From contig NC_086108.1 in the NCBI RefSeq assembly GCF_963921235.1, forward strand, positions 97,404,001 to 97,468,000: 64,000 nt of DNA, written 5' to 3'. The first letter of the stretch is position 1. The number at the start of each line of letters is the position of its first letter. The notes beneath the pieces are model-generated. The model saw only the letters and a list, made by a program, of their open reading frames with translations. It was not told the origin of the DNA and ran no database searches. Origin of the DNA: Mobula hypostoma (Eukaryota). A program made the translations under genes and the position numbers. This document shows positions 48,392 to 62,226 of the stretch, piece by piece.

Positions 48392-48914
48392 ATAATAACA
48401 GTTCTTATTCTTAGCTGAGTCTTTACAGATAAACTTCAGATTAAAACTCCATCATTCTTGCTCCAAGAGGGATTCCAGCACCTATGGGCCCACCGGTCCT
48501 GGAAAACCTCCATGGAGCCAATGGACACTGTGTGCTCTTTCTCCAGGGACAACCAGACGTGGAGCTGTCCTCAAAAGAGGGGAAGGCAGTCGGCTTAGGC
48601 AGAACCACTGATGGCTCAGTGTCTGTAGCCATTAATGGCTACTTTGCAGGCCTGGGAACAAATTGACGACTGAGATTTCCCTGACCAACTTGCCATCTTC
48701 TCTACATCTGGCACCTAGGTATTACAACTGTGAGAAGTGACTGGGTTCTGCTTTGAATTTGCTTGCCTGGAGGTGTGTACTACCTATGGGTTATGAGTAT
48801 TATAGGAGAGAGGCAACCTAAGCTCTTCAACAATCAAACCTCATTTGATTGGTACAGAAATGAGTAGAAATTTTGATGTCATTTCAAGGGAAATGTGTTT
48901 CAATGAATTGCACG

Positions 48915-49385
48915 CAAAAATCAGGTTTAATGTCACAGACAGATGTCGTGAAATTTGTTGTTCTGTGGCAGAATTTCAGTGCAATACACAAAAAGCCTAT
49001 AAATTTCAACATGAAACATTAAAAATTGTAATTAAAATATTAGTGCAAAAAGAGGCAAAAATGATGAGGTCGTGTACATGGGTTCATCATCCTTTGAGAA
49101 ATCTGTTAGAGAAGGTGAAGAAACCGTTGCTAAGATGTTGTGTATGTGTCTTCAGGCTCCTGTAGCTCCTCTCTGATGGTGGCAATGAGAAGAGGGCTTC
49201 TCCCGGGTGTCGGGGGTCTTTAACGATGGATGCCACCTTTTAGGCGCGTCAGATTTTGAAGATGTCCTCAGTGTTGGGAGGCTAGTGCCCATGGTGTAGG
49301 CGTTTGAGTTTACAACCCTCTGCAGCTTTTTCTTCTGATCCAAAATGAGATGCAACCAGTTGGAATTCTATCTATGATACACCTG
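48915..49385 (-). mobile_element. Rex1/Babar-type LINE 3' fragment
   Basis: KKLQRVVNS...MGTSLP on the minus strand; 3' UTR shared with ~36660-36900. Confidence 0.7.
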
Positions 49386-50889
49386 CATCCAATTACTCTC
49401 ATTCCACTGTATTTTGTTCGTTAATATTCTTCTGGATTTGTTGATTAACATTCATCCAGTTTGCATATGTTTCTGACACTGAGGAACTTATAGTCTGGCA
49501 AAGGAGGGAAATGAGGGGAAAACTGCAATTGGATGGTCATTGGATCCCCTGTGCCCAGTGCAATCATAACAGATTTTGTGCAGTGACTTCATTAATAAAA
49601 GCAAGTAATTATTTATGGTGTCAATGTCATTATGGCTGACCCCAGCTATCACTATGGAGATTTTTAGTTGCTATCTGATTTCATAGATTTCACAGATCTG
49701 GGACTTATCATCCCTAGCAGTTAGCAATGGCTAGAGGGAAGATTTCAGTCTGCAGCAATCTTCGATTACAAATGACAATGATTTAATAAATGTCAACGCT
49801 GAAGTATAATTTTGTGATAAATGTGAAGTTGGCAACATTGTAAGTGACAGTGAAGACCTGGGTTTGGGTTTGATGGCTACAAGCAGGGAATCAGATGTGC
49901 CTTAAGGGGAAAACGCTGGATGGTGGATGAGTTTTATGTACTTTTCTGCTTCCCAATTTGCTAATAAGTGAAATCGAGCCTCCATTTGCATGAACCACTT
50001 CAGTTTCTGTGCTAAGTAAAAAAAAATAAAGATTTTTTTTTACTGGAATCATTATTACGTGATTGACATTTTATGTCTTTGAAATGACTAACATTTCCTT
50101 TCTGTATTGAAGCAAAGGTGCCAAATACACTGGAATATAACATTATATCATCCATATACCTACCCAGTGGCCAATTCATACCTGCTGTTACCATGACTAC
50201 ATTGCAAAATAACTGTTAAATCAATTGCTTCTCTGCTCACAACTTCAGAAACTTCAAAGAAATTATTTGCAACAAATTTACTAAAAACATCATTTTAATT
50301 GCAGAATTAAACAATAAAGTTTTTTTTTCCAAGAAAGAAATAGCTTCATTTGTTTTAACAGCTTTCAAATCCCAGGATGTTTCAGATCACTCAGTGGCGA
50401 ATGAGTGGTTGGTCAATCACTCATGGTACAGGCTCAGTGTGATAATTCAGGCAAACATCACAGCCAACCTGCAGTGGGGAATGAGATAAATGACTCAACA
50501 AACTACTTTAGAGATATTTTTGGAGGATAAATGTCAACCATGTTGTCAGGACAATTCAATTATTTTTCCCCGAATACTTCCTAAGTGATTTCTCTCATTT
50601 CATGTTCACAGCTTTATTGCCCCACCCAGAAGGTGTCTCACCCAGCAGAGTAGGGTTTCCTCGGTACTAGAATGTCAGCCCAGAGTGAAATATAAACCTT
50701 CAGACTCAGCAGGAAGAGCACTACCACTTAAACTCAATGTACATTATGTTGCATAATTTTGTATTTGAACAGCAAACACACAAGAAGTTCATGAAGTTTT
50801 AGTGTAACTAAAATTAGAATGCCATGAACACCTTTTTTTCTAAAAATGAGCAACATAAGTAATTTATAGAACATAGAACACTCGAGCAC

Positions 50890-51335
50890 AGTAGTGGTAG
50901 TGTCATCACTTGAGTTCAGCATGATGTTCCCTTGAGGGGTTGTTTGTCTATTGGTGGGTCATCGGGTGGCTTCTAGAGGCCCAGTCTGGGATCCACATAT
51001 TCTGGTGCAGTAGGGCAAGAGTAAGTGGTGACTGTAGTTAGTGGTTGGGTCTTTAATTTGTTCAGTCTCTCCTTTAGCAGATGCTGCTTGTTCGCTGTGG
51101 CACAGCGGAGGTCGTTCTCATGTAGTGCAGCTCCCTCTTGAACAGATTTCCTCCAGGTGTATCTATTGAGTGCCATATCTTCCCAGTTACTAGATGTAAT
51201 GTTGAATTTCTTCGGGCTGATTTTGATGCTATGATTGAGAATTTCTTTTGCCCACCAGCGACTTGCTGCCCTTCCTTCAGCTGGGGGTAAAGGATCTGTT
51301 GGTGTAGGCGTGAGCTCGGCATCTGGATAACATGA
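50890..51335 (-). mobile_element. RTE LINE 3' fragment
   Basis: MPSSRLHQQILYPQLKEGQQVAGGQKK and ALNRYTWRKSVQEG match the RTE C-terminus. Confidence 0.7.
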
Positions 51336-51892
51336 CTTTGGAGTTGGAATTAATCTTGTGCCAACCTTGTAACCTACTCTGAGATCAATCTAACCCTTCC
51401 CTCATCCATTCCTTTCCCTCCTGGCTTCTTCCCCCCTTCCTTTCTAGGTGAAGGGGCTCGGCCTGAATTGTTGACTGTTTATTCCTTTGCATAGATACTG
51501 CCTGCCCTGTTGAGTTCCTTCAGCATTTTAAATGCGTTACTCTGGATTTCCAGCATCTGCGGAATCTCTTTCTGATTAATGCTACATAGCCCACAATTTT
51601 TCAATCATCCTTGCACCCCTGTAATGATGTGATGGCCGGCAGAGAGGAGGTGAAAGAGCTTGAGGTCTGGTGCCAGTCTTCAACGTAACCAAAACAAAGC
51701 AGATGGTTATTGACATCAGGAGAACTCGCACCACTCACACCCTGCTTTTCATTGTCATTCTAAAGATGAGACCCTGCTAGTAAGCTGCATCACTGCATGG
51801 TACGGAAACTGCACTGCAGTGGACATGATGGCTCCGTGACAGATAGTCAAAACTGCCCAATGCATCATTGGCACCAGTCTACCTGCCGTCAA

Positions 51893-54392
51893 GGACAAAG
51901 TCTTTGATGGGAGTTGTATACAGAACCCCAAGCAGTAGTAAGGATGTGATCTACACATTACAATGGGAGTCAGAAAATGCATGCCAAAAGGGAAATGTCA
52001 CAATAGTCATGGGAGATTTCAATATGCAGGCAGATTGGGAAAATGGTTAGTGCTGGATTCCCAGAGGGGGAAATTCTAGAGTGCCTATGAGATGGCTTTT
52101 CAGAGAAGTCTGTGGTTGAGCTCACTAGGGGATCAGCTGTTCTGGATTGGATGTTCTTCAATGAGTCAGGATTGATTAGAGAGCTTCAGGTAAAAACTCT
52201 TAGGGCGGGTCATCATAATATGATTGAATTCACCCTGAAATCTGAGAAGGAGAAGCTAACGTCAGATGTATCAGTATTACAATGGAGTAAAGGGAATTAT
52301 AGAGGCTTGAGAGAGGAGTTGGCCAGAATTGATTGGAAAAGAACACTGGCAGGGGTGACAGCAGAGCAGCAACGGCTGGAATTTCTGGAAGCAATTCAGA
52401 AGGCTCAGGATATATACATCCCAAAGAGGAAGAGGAAAAGGAAAGATGACATAACCATGGCTAATAGGAGAAGTCAAAACCAATATAAAAGCCAAAGAGA
52501 GGGCATATAATATAGCAAAAATGAATGGGAAGTTAGAAGATTGGCAAACTTTTAAAAACCAACAGAGGCAACTAAAGAAGTAATTGAGAAGGTAAAGAGA
52601 GCTAGCCAATAATATTAAAGAGGATACCAAAAGTTTCTTCAGATACATAAAGTGTAAGAGAGAGGTGAGAGTGGATATTGGGCTGCTGGAAAACGATGCT
52701 GGAGAGGTAGTAATGGGGGACGACAAAATGGCTGATGAACTGAATAAGAATCAGTGAAGCATCAGGCTTCACTGTGAAAGACACTAGCAGTATGATGGAA
52801 GTTCCAGTGTCAGGGCATGAAGTGTGTGAAGTTACCATAACTAGAGAGAAGGTTCTTAGTAAACTGAAAGGTCTGAAGGTAAATAAGTCACCTGGGTCAT
52901 ATATTGTAAACTCCAGGGCTCTGAAGGAGGTGGCTGAAGAGATTGTGGAGGTATTAGTAATGATCTTTCAAGAATCACTAGATTCTGAAATGGTCCCGGA
53001 GAAATGGAAAATTGCTAATGTCACTCCACTCTTCAAGAAGGGAGAGAGGCAGGAGAAGAAAACTAAGGCCGGTTAGAGACTAGGAAGATGTTGGAGTTGA
53101 TTATCGAGAATAAAGTCTCAGGGTATTTGGAAGCACATGATAAAATTGGGAAAATCTTGCCTGACAAATCTGTTGGAATTCTTCGAAGAACTAACAAGTA
53201 GGATAGACAAAGGAGAATCAGTTGATGTTGCATCCTTGGATTTTCAGAAAGATGCCACACGAGGCTGCTTAACAAGCTATGAGCCCATGGAATTACAGGA
53301 AAGATTCTAGCATGAATAAAGCAGTGACTGATTGCCAGGAGACAAAGAATGGGAATGAAGGGAGTCTTTACTGGCTGACTGCCAGTGACTAGGGGTGTTA
53401 ACAGGGGTCTGTATTGAGATTGATTTTTTTTTTACGTTATATGCCAATGATTTGGGTGATGCAATTGGTGGCTTTGTTGCAAAGTTTGCAGATGATAGAT
53501 GGAGGGGCAGGTAGTTTTGTGGAAGTAGCGAGGATACAGAAGTACTTAGACAGATTAGGAGAATGTGCAAAGAAATGGCAGCAGGAAGTGTATGGTCATG
53601 CACTTTTTTAGAAAAAATGAAAGGGTTGACCAATTTCTAAATAGAGAAATTACGAAAATACAAAATACGGAGAAAAAATATAAAAAGCAGAGGCACAAAG
53701 GGACTTGCGAGTCCTTGTGCAGGATTCCCTAAGGGTTAATTTTCAGGTTGAGACTGTGCTGAGGAAGGTAAATGCCATGTTAGGACTAGTCATGAGGATT
53801 AGAATATAATAAGGGTATAATGTTGAGCCTTTACAAAGCACGGGTGAGGCCACACCTGGAATATTGTGAGGTTTTTTGGGCCCCTTAGAAAGGATGTGCT
53901 GAAACTGGAGAGGGTTCAAAGGAGGTTCATGAAAGTGATTCCAGGATTGAATGGCTTGTCATATGAAGCGCGTTTGATGGCTCTGGGCCTGTATTCACTA
54001 GAATTCTGAAGAATGAGAGATGACCTCATTGAAACCTATTGAGTGGTGAAAGGTCTTGACAGAGTGGATGTAGAGAGGATGTTTCCCATGGTAGGAGAGT
54101 CTAAGACCAGAGGCCACAGACTCAGAATAGAGGGGCGTCCTTTTAGATGAGTTGAGGAGGAATTTCTTTAGCCAGTAGGATCCTTTGCCACAGACAGCTG
54201 TGGAGGCCAAGTCTTTATGTATATTTATTTAAGGCAGAGGTTGATAGATTCTTGATTGGTCAGGTCATGAAGGATTCAGGGAGAAGGCAGGAGATTGGGG
54301 CTGAGTGGAAAATTGGATCAGCCATGATAAAATGGCAGAGCAGACTGGATAGGCGAAAAGGCCTAATTCTGCTCCTCTATCTTTTGGCCTTA
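51893..54392 (+). mobile_element. Old CR1 ORF2 (part of EN, RT and 3' UTR), many stops and frameshifts
   Basis: GVVYRTP, VMGDFN, VLDW, KLKGLKVNKSPG and WKIANVTPLFKKG fragments in collinear order. Confidence 0.9.
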
Positions 54393-56266
54393 TATATACA
54401 AAAAGGTGCTGGAGAGGGGTCAATAACTTCATGAAGGATCCCAAACTCTTGTTCATGGACTGTTTGTCCCACTCCCATCAGGGAGGTGGCTACCTCCCAT
54501 CCATGCTAGGACCATCAAACTTAAGCAATAAGGCTGATCAGCAGCTCCAACCCCCTAATCACCACTTCTTTATGACTTCCTGTTGTTCACCTTATGTACA
54601 GACACTCCCGTGCCTAGTGACACTTTATGGACATACAATCAATCTACGTAAATAAGCCATCTTATGTATTTATATCTGCCGTGTTTTTATTGTGTTCTTT
54701 ATCTTTTGTGTTTTTATTTTGTGTTGCATTAAATCCTGAGTAACAATTATTTCGTTCTCCTTTACAATTGTGTGCTGGACATAACATTAAACAATCTTGA
54801 ATCATTAAGAGGTTCTTAAATGTCCTTAATATGGAGGATATATATGGAGGTATATGGAGGAATTTAAGGTGGGGTCTTATATGGGAGGCAGGGTTTGAGG
54901 GTCGGCACAACATTGTGGGCTAAAGGGCCTGTACTGTGCTGTACTGTTCTATGTTCTATGTTCTTAATGGACCTGCCCCTACCACCACCCTGGAGGAGGG
55001 TCCCACACACCCACCACTCTCTGTGTAAATAAACCTTCCTCTGACAACCCCCCTGTAATCCTCTACTCACTTTAAAATTATGCTCCCCCCCGGCCTGGTA
55101 TTAGCCATTTCTGCCCTAGGAAAAAGCCATTGGACATGCACTTGATCTATGCTTCTTATCATTTTGTACACCTCTAACAAGTGACCTGTCATCTTTCTTC
55201 CCTCCAAAGAGAAAACCCTTGGCTTGCTCGACGTATCTTCATAAGACATGCTCTCTAATCCAGGCTGCATCCTGTTGCAGCTCCTCTGCACCCTCTCTAA
55301 AGCTTTTCTTTGAAAAAGATCGCTTGCTAATTTAGTAGGAAATTAATCGGAATAGATATAAATTCGGACCATTTTATAATGCGGTGTTGCAAAGGGAATT
55401 TGCTGGCACAGTGCGCTGAAACAGAAACTTACAGCACCACTGAGCAGTAGGGAGCAAATACGAAGGCAAGATTCATCATCGAGATGCTGCCTTAGATGAC
55501 AAAATCTATGAGATGCATTTCCTGCTCTGGAACTCCTAGCGAGGTGATGCCTAGTGTAACTAACTGTAAATTGCCACATTTGGCAGCTAGTAGAACTGAA
55601 TAGAACAAAGTTCAAATTAAATTTATCATCAAAGTATGTAAATGTCACTATATACTACCCTGACATTCATTTTCTTGCAGGCATTCACAGAAGAACAAAG
55701 AAATAAAATAGAATCAATAGAGGACTACACAGCAATAAAGACTGACAAACAAAAAATATGCAAAAAAAGACCAAATGTACAAATGGATAAACGTCCTATG
55801 TCAGCTCTTTCTAGGGATTTAATTTCATTTTTTACCAACAGAGCTGCTACACCCCCTCTGCCTACCTGCCTGTCCTTTTGATGCAATGTTTATCCTTGGA
55901 TGCTAAGCTCTCAGCTGTGATCTTCTTTCAGCCATGACTCAGTGATGCATACAATTTCATACCTGACAATCTCTAAATGTGCTACAAGATCCATATACTG
56001 TGTGCATTCATATATAACACCTCCAGTACTATATTCATCACCCTATTTGATTTTGGCATCCTGTTACACTTTAACTCATCTCACTGACTACAATTTTGTC
56101 CTATCATTTGCCTGTCCTTCCTCACAGCCTCACTACACACAAATACAGATAGACAAAAAAAGGGAGGAAGGCAGCAAATCGTGCAAATGAAAAAAAAACC
56201 TCACAAAATAATAAATAAATAAACAAACAAACAACATTGGGAACATGCAGTAAGCAATGTTAAATT

Positions 56267-56450
56267 CATCATCATCATCAGGTGCCATGCCCAGTTTGAG
56301 CTTTGACTGCCATGGCCCACACACTCCTGTTTTGGGTCAAGTGGATCAATTCATTGGTATTCATTTCCAGTTCTCTGGCTGCTGTCTCCATCATCATGTG
56401 TCTTTGCCTTCCTCCTGCTTTCTTCCCTTCAATTTTTCCCATAATTAAAT
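56267..56450 (-). mobile_element. RTE LINE extreme 3' end with (TGA)n tail
   Basis: IMGKIEGKKAGGRQR...TQNRSVWAMAVKAQTGHGT* followed by TGATGATGATG. Confidence 0.75.
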
Positions 56451-57859
56451 TACGTTTCTTAAAACCTCTAGCGTCATTTCCACTCATGTAGCCTCTGTTG
56501 GTGGTACATCACTATAATAATTGAATGCTTTCTCACCTATCCTGGCCCTTCCATGTCCAGTAGTGGAAGAACCCTGTACAACAATCCTTCTCCTTTGAGC
56601 TCCTATGGAGGCTGCACCGAGCTTCGTGTGTTCCTCAGCACGTACTCCTACAGCCTGCAATTTGTAGGAGACTATGAAATGCTTTCCTGAAAACCTTTGC
56701 AACATCCACGATCGACAAAGTACTGCGATATTACTAAGTGGTATAAATTGCCACCTTCTAATGTCATAGGAGAACTAAAAATTTCACGCTACGAGTGTGT
56801 AAAATGATAAATAATTATCTTCGTATATTTTGTAATCTGTGAGTTGCTGAGGCAGGAAATGGCTCATTTCATAAACAGTCAGACTTGCCGGTACATGCAG
56901 ATGAAGTGCGTCTGAGTCAAGTTACTAAACTCTGTTGATGTAAAGAGTCTGTGTGATACCTGGCAGTTACTCAATGCTAATATGGTCGTAGCTTGATGTT
57001 AGTAGTTATACTCACTGCCAAACTAATGTTTAAAATGAAGGGTCTTGGCCCAAAACATTGACTGTTCATTCATTTCCATAGATGCTGCCTGACCTGCCGA
57101 GTTCCTCCAGTATTTTGTGTGTGTTGCTACTGATTTCCAGCATCTACAGATTTTATCGTGTATAAAATACAATTGAATTCTCAATATTTAAGGTTTGAGT
57201 TATAAAGCATGTATTCAGTATTATTTTTTATTTGCCAATATTTCTCCCTTTGCACATTGGTTGTCATCTTTGCTTATGTATAGTTCTTCATAAAATTTAT
57301 TGTATTTCTTTATTTTCTTGTAAATGCCTGCAAGAAAATGAACATCAGGATAGTATATGGTGACATATATGTTCTTTGATAATAAATTTACTTTGAATTT
57401 GACTTATGTAGTTTTGAGAGCATATTAAGGCAAAAATGTAAATATTACATGGAAGATTATTCACACTAACTCCAACGCTAACCACAATAAAATAGTGTGT
57501 TCTCACAACAGGATTCTGTCTCATATAAGTTTCTGATGAGAATGCTTATGCTCAAACATTCTCAATTTTAGTTTTTCTTATATTAATAAACTAACCATAT
57601 CCATATCACTATCCATATGTGTTTGTTATTTAAAGTATCAAAGTATTGAGTACAGGAGTTAAGATACTATATTGAAATCGTATAAGACAATTTGGTTTAA
57701 TTTGGAGTACTATGTCCAGTTTTGGTCACCTACCTACAGGAAAGATATCAATAAAATTGAAAGAGTGCAGAAAAAATGAACAAGGATGTTGCCAGGACTT
57801 GAGGACCTGAGTTATAGGGAAAGGTTGAATAGGTTAGAACTTCATGCTTGGGAAGTTGA

Positions 57860-59440
57860 AAGGTCTGAAGATAGACTACACCCAAGGGTTTCGAACAAAG
57901 TAACTTAAGAGATTGTCGGGGCATTAAGAATGATTTTTCAAGAATCACTAGATTCTGGAATGGTTCCGGAGGACTGGAAAATTGCAAATGTCACTCCACC
58001 CTTTAAGAAGGGAGGGAGGCAGAATAAGATAAATTATAGGCCAGTGATAGGGAAGGTGTTGGAGTCCATTAGTAAGGATGAGGTCTCTGGATACCCAGAG
58101 GCACAAGATAAAATAGACCAAAGTCCCTAAGTGGAAATCTTGTCTGACAAATTTGTTGACGTCCTTTGAGGAAATAACAGGCAGGATAGACAAAGGAGAG
58201 TCAGTGGATGTTGTTTACATGGATTTTCAGAAGGCCTTTGATGCACATGTGAGGCTGCTTAACAAGTTAAGAGCACATAGTATTACAGGAAAGACACTAG
58301 CATGGATAGAAGATTAGTTGACTGGCAGGAGGCAAAGAGTGGAAATAAAGGGGGCATTTTCTGGCTGGCTGCCGGTGATTGATGCGCCATAGGAGTTGGT
58401 GTTGGGACGGCTTCTTTTCACATCAATGTTTTGTTGACAGATTGGTGGCTCTGTAACTAAGTTTGTGGATGATCCAATGACAGGCAGAGTGGCAGGTGGT
58501 GTTGAGGAAGCAGGAAGTTTATAATAGGACTTAGATTGGGAGAATGGGCAAAGATGGAACATAATGTAAGGAAATGTATGGTCATTTACTTTGGTAGAAG
58601 GAATGAAGACATAGACTTTTCTAAATGGGGAAAAATTTCACAAAAATCACTACAGCAAAGGGAGTTGTGTGTCCTTGTGCAGAATTCCCTTAAGCTCAAC
58701 TTGTAGGTTGAATCAGTAAGGAAGGTAAATGCAATGTTTGCATTCATTTTGAGAGAACTGGAATACAAAAGCAAGGATGTAAGGGTTCATTAGGATGATT
58801 CTGCGAATGAAAGGGTTAATGTACGAGGAGTGTTTGATGATTCTGGGCCTTTACTTGCTGGAGTTTAGAAGAACGAAGGGGGATCTCATTGAAACCAATT
58901 TAATATTGAAAGGCTGTGGTTGTGGAGAGGACATTTCCTACAGTGGGGGTGTCTAGAGCCAGAGGGCATAGCCTCAGAATAGAGGAATGTCCATTTAGAA
59001 CGCAGATGAGGAATTTCGTTACCTTGAGGGGTCTTGAATCTGTAGAATTCATTGCCTCAGACAGCTGCGGAGGCCTAGTCAATGGATATGCTTGAAGTGG
59101 AGTTTGATAGGTTCTTCGCAAACACGAGGAAATCTGCAGATGCTGGGATTTCAAGCACACACATAAAAGTTACTGCTGAATGCAGCAGACCAGGCAGTCC
59201 TGACGAAGGGTCTCAGCCCGAATCGTCGACTGTACCTCTTCCTATAGATGCTGCCTGGCCTGCTGCGTTCACCAGCAACTTTGATAGGTTCTTGTTTAGT
59301 CAAGGCATCAAAGGTTATGGGGAGAATACAGGAGAATGAGGTTGAGAGGGATAATGAAACCGCCATGATGGAATGGTGGAAAAGACTGGATGGGCCAAAT
59401 AGCCTAATCCTATTCCTATGTATTATGGTTTTATGGTCTT
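57860..59440 (+). mobile_element. Old CR1 RT fragment interrupted by a PLE mini-element
   Basis: MIFQESLDSGMVPEDWKIANVTPPFKKGGR... followed by a CR1 3' UTR. Confidence 0.85.
59117..59279. mobile_element. PLE-derived fold-back mini-element (163 bp) with 14-bp TSD and hammerhead remnant
   Basis: TTTGATAGGTTCTT at 59103-59116 and 59280-59293; AGTCCTGACGAAGGGTCTCAGCCCGAATCGTCGACT at 59196-59231. Confidence 0.92.
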
Positions 59441-60284
59441 TTTCTCTAGTGTGTAGGAGAATAAGGGGAAATTTGACAGAGGTATATAAATTATGAGGGG
59501 TATAGATAGGGTAAATTTAAGTAGGCCTTTTCCACTGAGGTTAGGTGAGCTAAAACTAAAGATCATGGTTAAGGATGGAAGTTGAAATGTTTCAGGGAAC
59601 ATGAGGGGGAACTTCTCCACTTTGAAGGTGGTGAGAATGTGGAGTAAGCTCCCAGCGAAAGTGGTGAATGCAGATTTCAGCATTTAAGAGAGATTTGGAT
59701 AGAGATATGGATGGAAGGGGTATGGAGGGCTATAGTCTGGGTGCAGGTCGATGGAAGCAGGCAGATCAATAACTTAGTACATACTAGATGGGCTGATGAG
59801 CCTGTTTCTCTGCGGTAGTGTTCAATGACTCTGTGACATATTAGTCATGTAATGATTTGAGAATATTGTACATTAATGATGGAAAAATATTTTAAAAATT
59901 ATATTAAATAATTAAATTCATGCTAGCTATTTGTCGCTTATTAAGCCACTAATTCAACCAAAGTTTTTATTGTCAAATCATAGATTAACAAATTGGTTGC
60001 AAAGTTCCTTCTTCCATTGTAAACACTCGGTTCTTTTCTAAAAATTACCTTTCAGTATAAATATATATCAGTCATGTTCTGATTTATCAAGAAATCCACT
60101 AAGGCACAACACGTTAGTAAAATGTTGATTTCATGTTTCTGGCTGTCAATATCAGATTTACCAAGAGGGCTGTAGAGAAATAACTAAATATCTTTGCCAG
60201 TTTTTTCATATTCTTCTGACTGAAGGTATTCATGTTCATTGTTTGAAGTAAGGTCAGACAAAAATACAAAGAATATAGTCCCAG

Positions 60285-60783
60285 AAACACAAAAGATTCT
60301 GCAGACGCTGGAAGTCCAGAGCAACACACACAAAATACTGGAGGAACTCAGCACGTCTAGCAGCATTAATGGAGAGTTATTAACAGGTGACATTTTGGGC
60401 CAAAACCCTTCATCAGGATGAAAGAGAGAGGTGAAGGAGTATAAGCTAGCAGGTGATGGGTGAAGTCAGGTGAGGGGGAAGGTAGGTGGTGTGAGGGCGG
60501 GGAGGGGGGTATGAAATGAGATGCCAGGAGGTGATAGTTGGAAGAGGCAACAGGCTGAAGGAGAAGGCATCTGATAGGAGTGGACAGTGGACGATCGGAG
60601 AAAGGGAAGGAGGTGGGCACTAGAGGGAGGTGATGGGCAGGTGGAGAGAAGAGAAGGTTAGCGGGGGGCCAGAATGTGGAATGGAAAAGGAGTGGAGGGG
60701 AAGGGGAGACAAATTACCAGAAATTAGAGAAATCGATGTTCTTACCAGCTGGTTGGAGGCTACTAGATGGAATAAGAGGTGCC
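60285..60783 (-). mobile_element. Penelope-like element 3' part, older
   Basis: Minus strand reads SSLQPAGKNIDFSNFW, then a pyrimidine-rich UTR and a decayed hammerhead at ~60385-60418. Confidence 0.85.
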
Positions 60784-61854
60784 ACCCCTACAACTGTATG
60801 GCTGCAGCTCAGTGAGTCATTGGTGGGTTTCAGGATCAGAGTTCTATGTGGACAGGGGGCACAAATGACGGTGACCCCTAGGTATGTCAATCTGTGAGAC
60901 CAAGTACAAGGCCTAGTGTTTGAGCTCCTCATCCAGGATCCTCGCTCCTCCTTCGTTATCATTGGTGACTCAAGGCTTGATGGCCAGAGGCCAAGACGGC
61001 AAATCTATCCAAATGTGCTGGAGAAGTTGAAGGACCGATGTCTGTGAGTCTGAGTCTGCCGAAGGCTGGAGACCATACACGGCCTGGCCTGGGGATAGGA
61101 GGCTGAATGGGTACGAGCGTGACTGGCTGTGGGTATGTGAATGGATGGGTGGGTGGTAAGAACAGGGGTTGTTTTGTCACTGGTTATGCTCTGTGTTGTT
61201 GTGCCAAGCATAGTGGGTATGGTATGTTGGCGCTGGACTGTGTGGTGACCTTTGCGGGCCTCTCCCACTGCATCCTTAGATTGTGTTGGTTGTTACCCCA
61301 AACGACACATTTAGCTGTATGTTTCGATGTACATGTGACAAATAAACCTGAATCTGAGTGTATTCTGTCATTCCATAAGGTCCTGGCTGATCATAGGGTA
61401 AAATTCTGCAGATACTGGCAATCTGAAATTTAAAAAAAAGGAAAATATTGGCAACACCCAGCAAGTCAGGCAGCAGCTCTGGAGAGAGAAATGGAGCCAA
61501 TGTTTCATATTGACGGCCTTTCATCAGAACTGTGAATTTAATTCTGAATTTCTACTTTCTTGCCCAATCCACATAACGCTTTAGTCACTTGGTGTCCAAA
61601 AATATCTGTCTCAGCCTTGAATATGCTTGATGTGTCATCCTCTACAGATCTCTGGGGTAGAGAATTCCAAACTTCACAAGCCTGTGAATGAAGAAATTCT
61701 TCCTCGTTGTTTCTGTCTTAAGTGGGAAACCACTTATCCTGAGATAGAGCCTGGAAAGAGGCGCACAGATTACATTAAACACAGATTTGTTGAGGATCAG
61801 ACAGTTTTGTTATCAGTTCCGCAGTGAACTCACATTAGGAACACAATACATTTA

Positions 61855-62165
61855 CTTATTTATGTATTTATTTTTATTCAGAGATACAGCATGGAATAAG
61901 CCCTTCTGGTCCAACAAGCCACTCCACCCAGTAACCCACCTACTTAACCCACGCTTAATAAAAGAACAATTCTGTAAAATGACCAGTTAACCTCCTAACT
62001 GGTACGTCTTTGGACCGTGGGAGGAAACTGGAGCACGTGGAGAAAAGCCTCACGGTTCATGGGGGAGAACGTGCAAACTCCTTACAGACAGCAGAGGAGT
62101 TGGACTCCAAACTCTGGAGCAGCCTGAGCTGTAATAGCATCGTGCTAACTATGATGCTACTGTAG
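61855..62165 (-). mobile_element. V-SINE (HE1-like)
   Basis: GTGGGAGGAAACTGGAGCAC is the reverse V-domain; (TTTA)n tail on the + strand. Confidence 0.7.
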
Positions 62166-62226
62166 TTCCCATGGTATTATTGATTTATTGATCGATCATA
62201 AAGTTATTGGTTATAAATCAGCAATC

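Noticed and set aside
56547..56664. Minus-strand exon candidate (AVGVRAEEHTKLG...ARI, AG|GTGAGA donor)
   Set aside because: The acceptor lacks a polypyrimidine tract, the peptide is unrecognisable and no partner exon was found.
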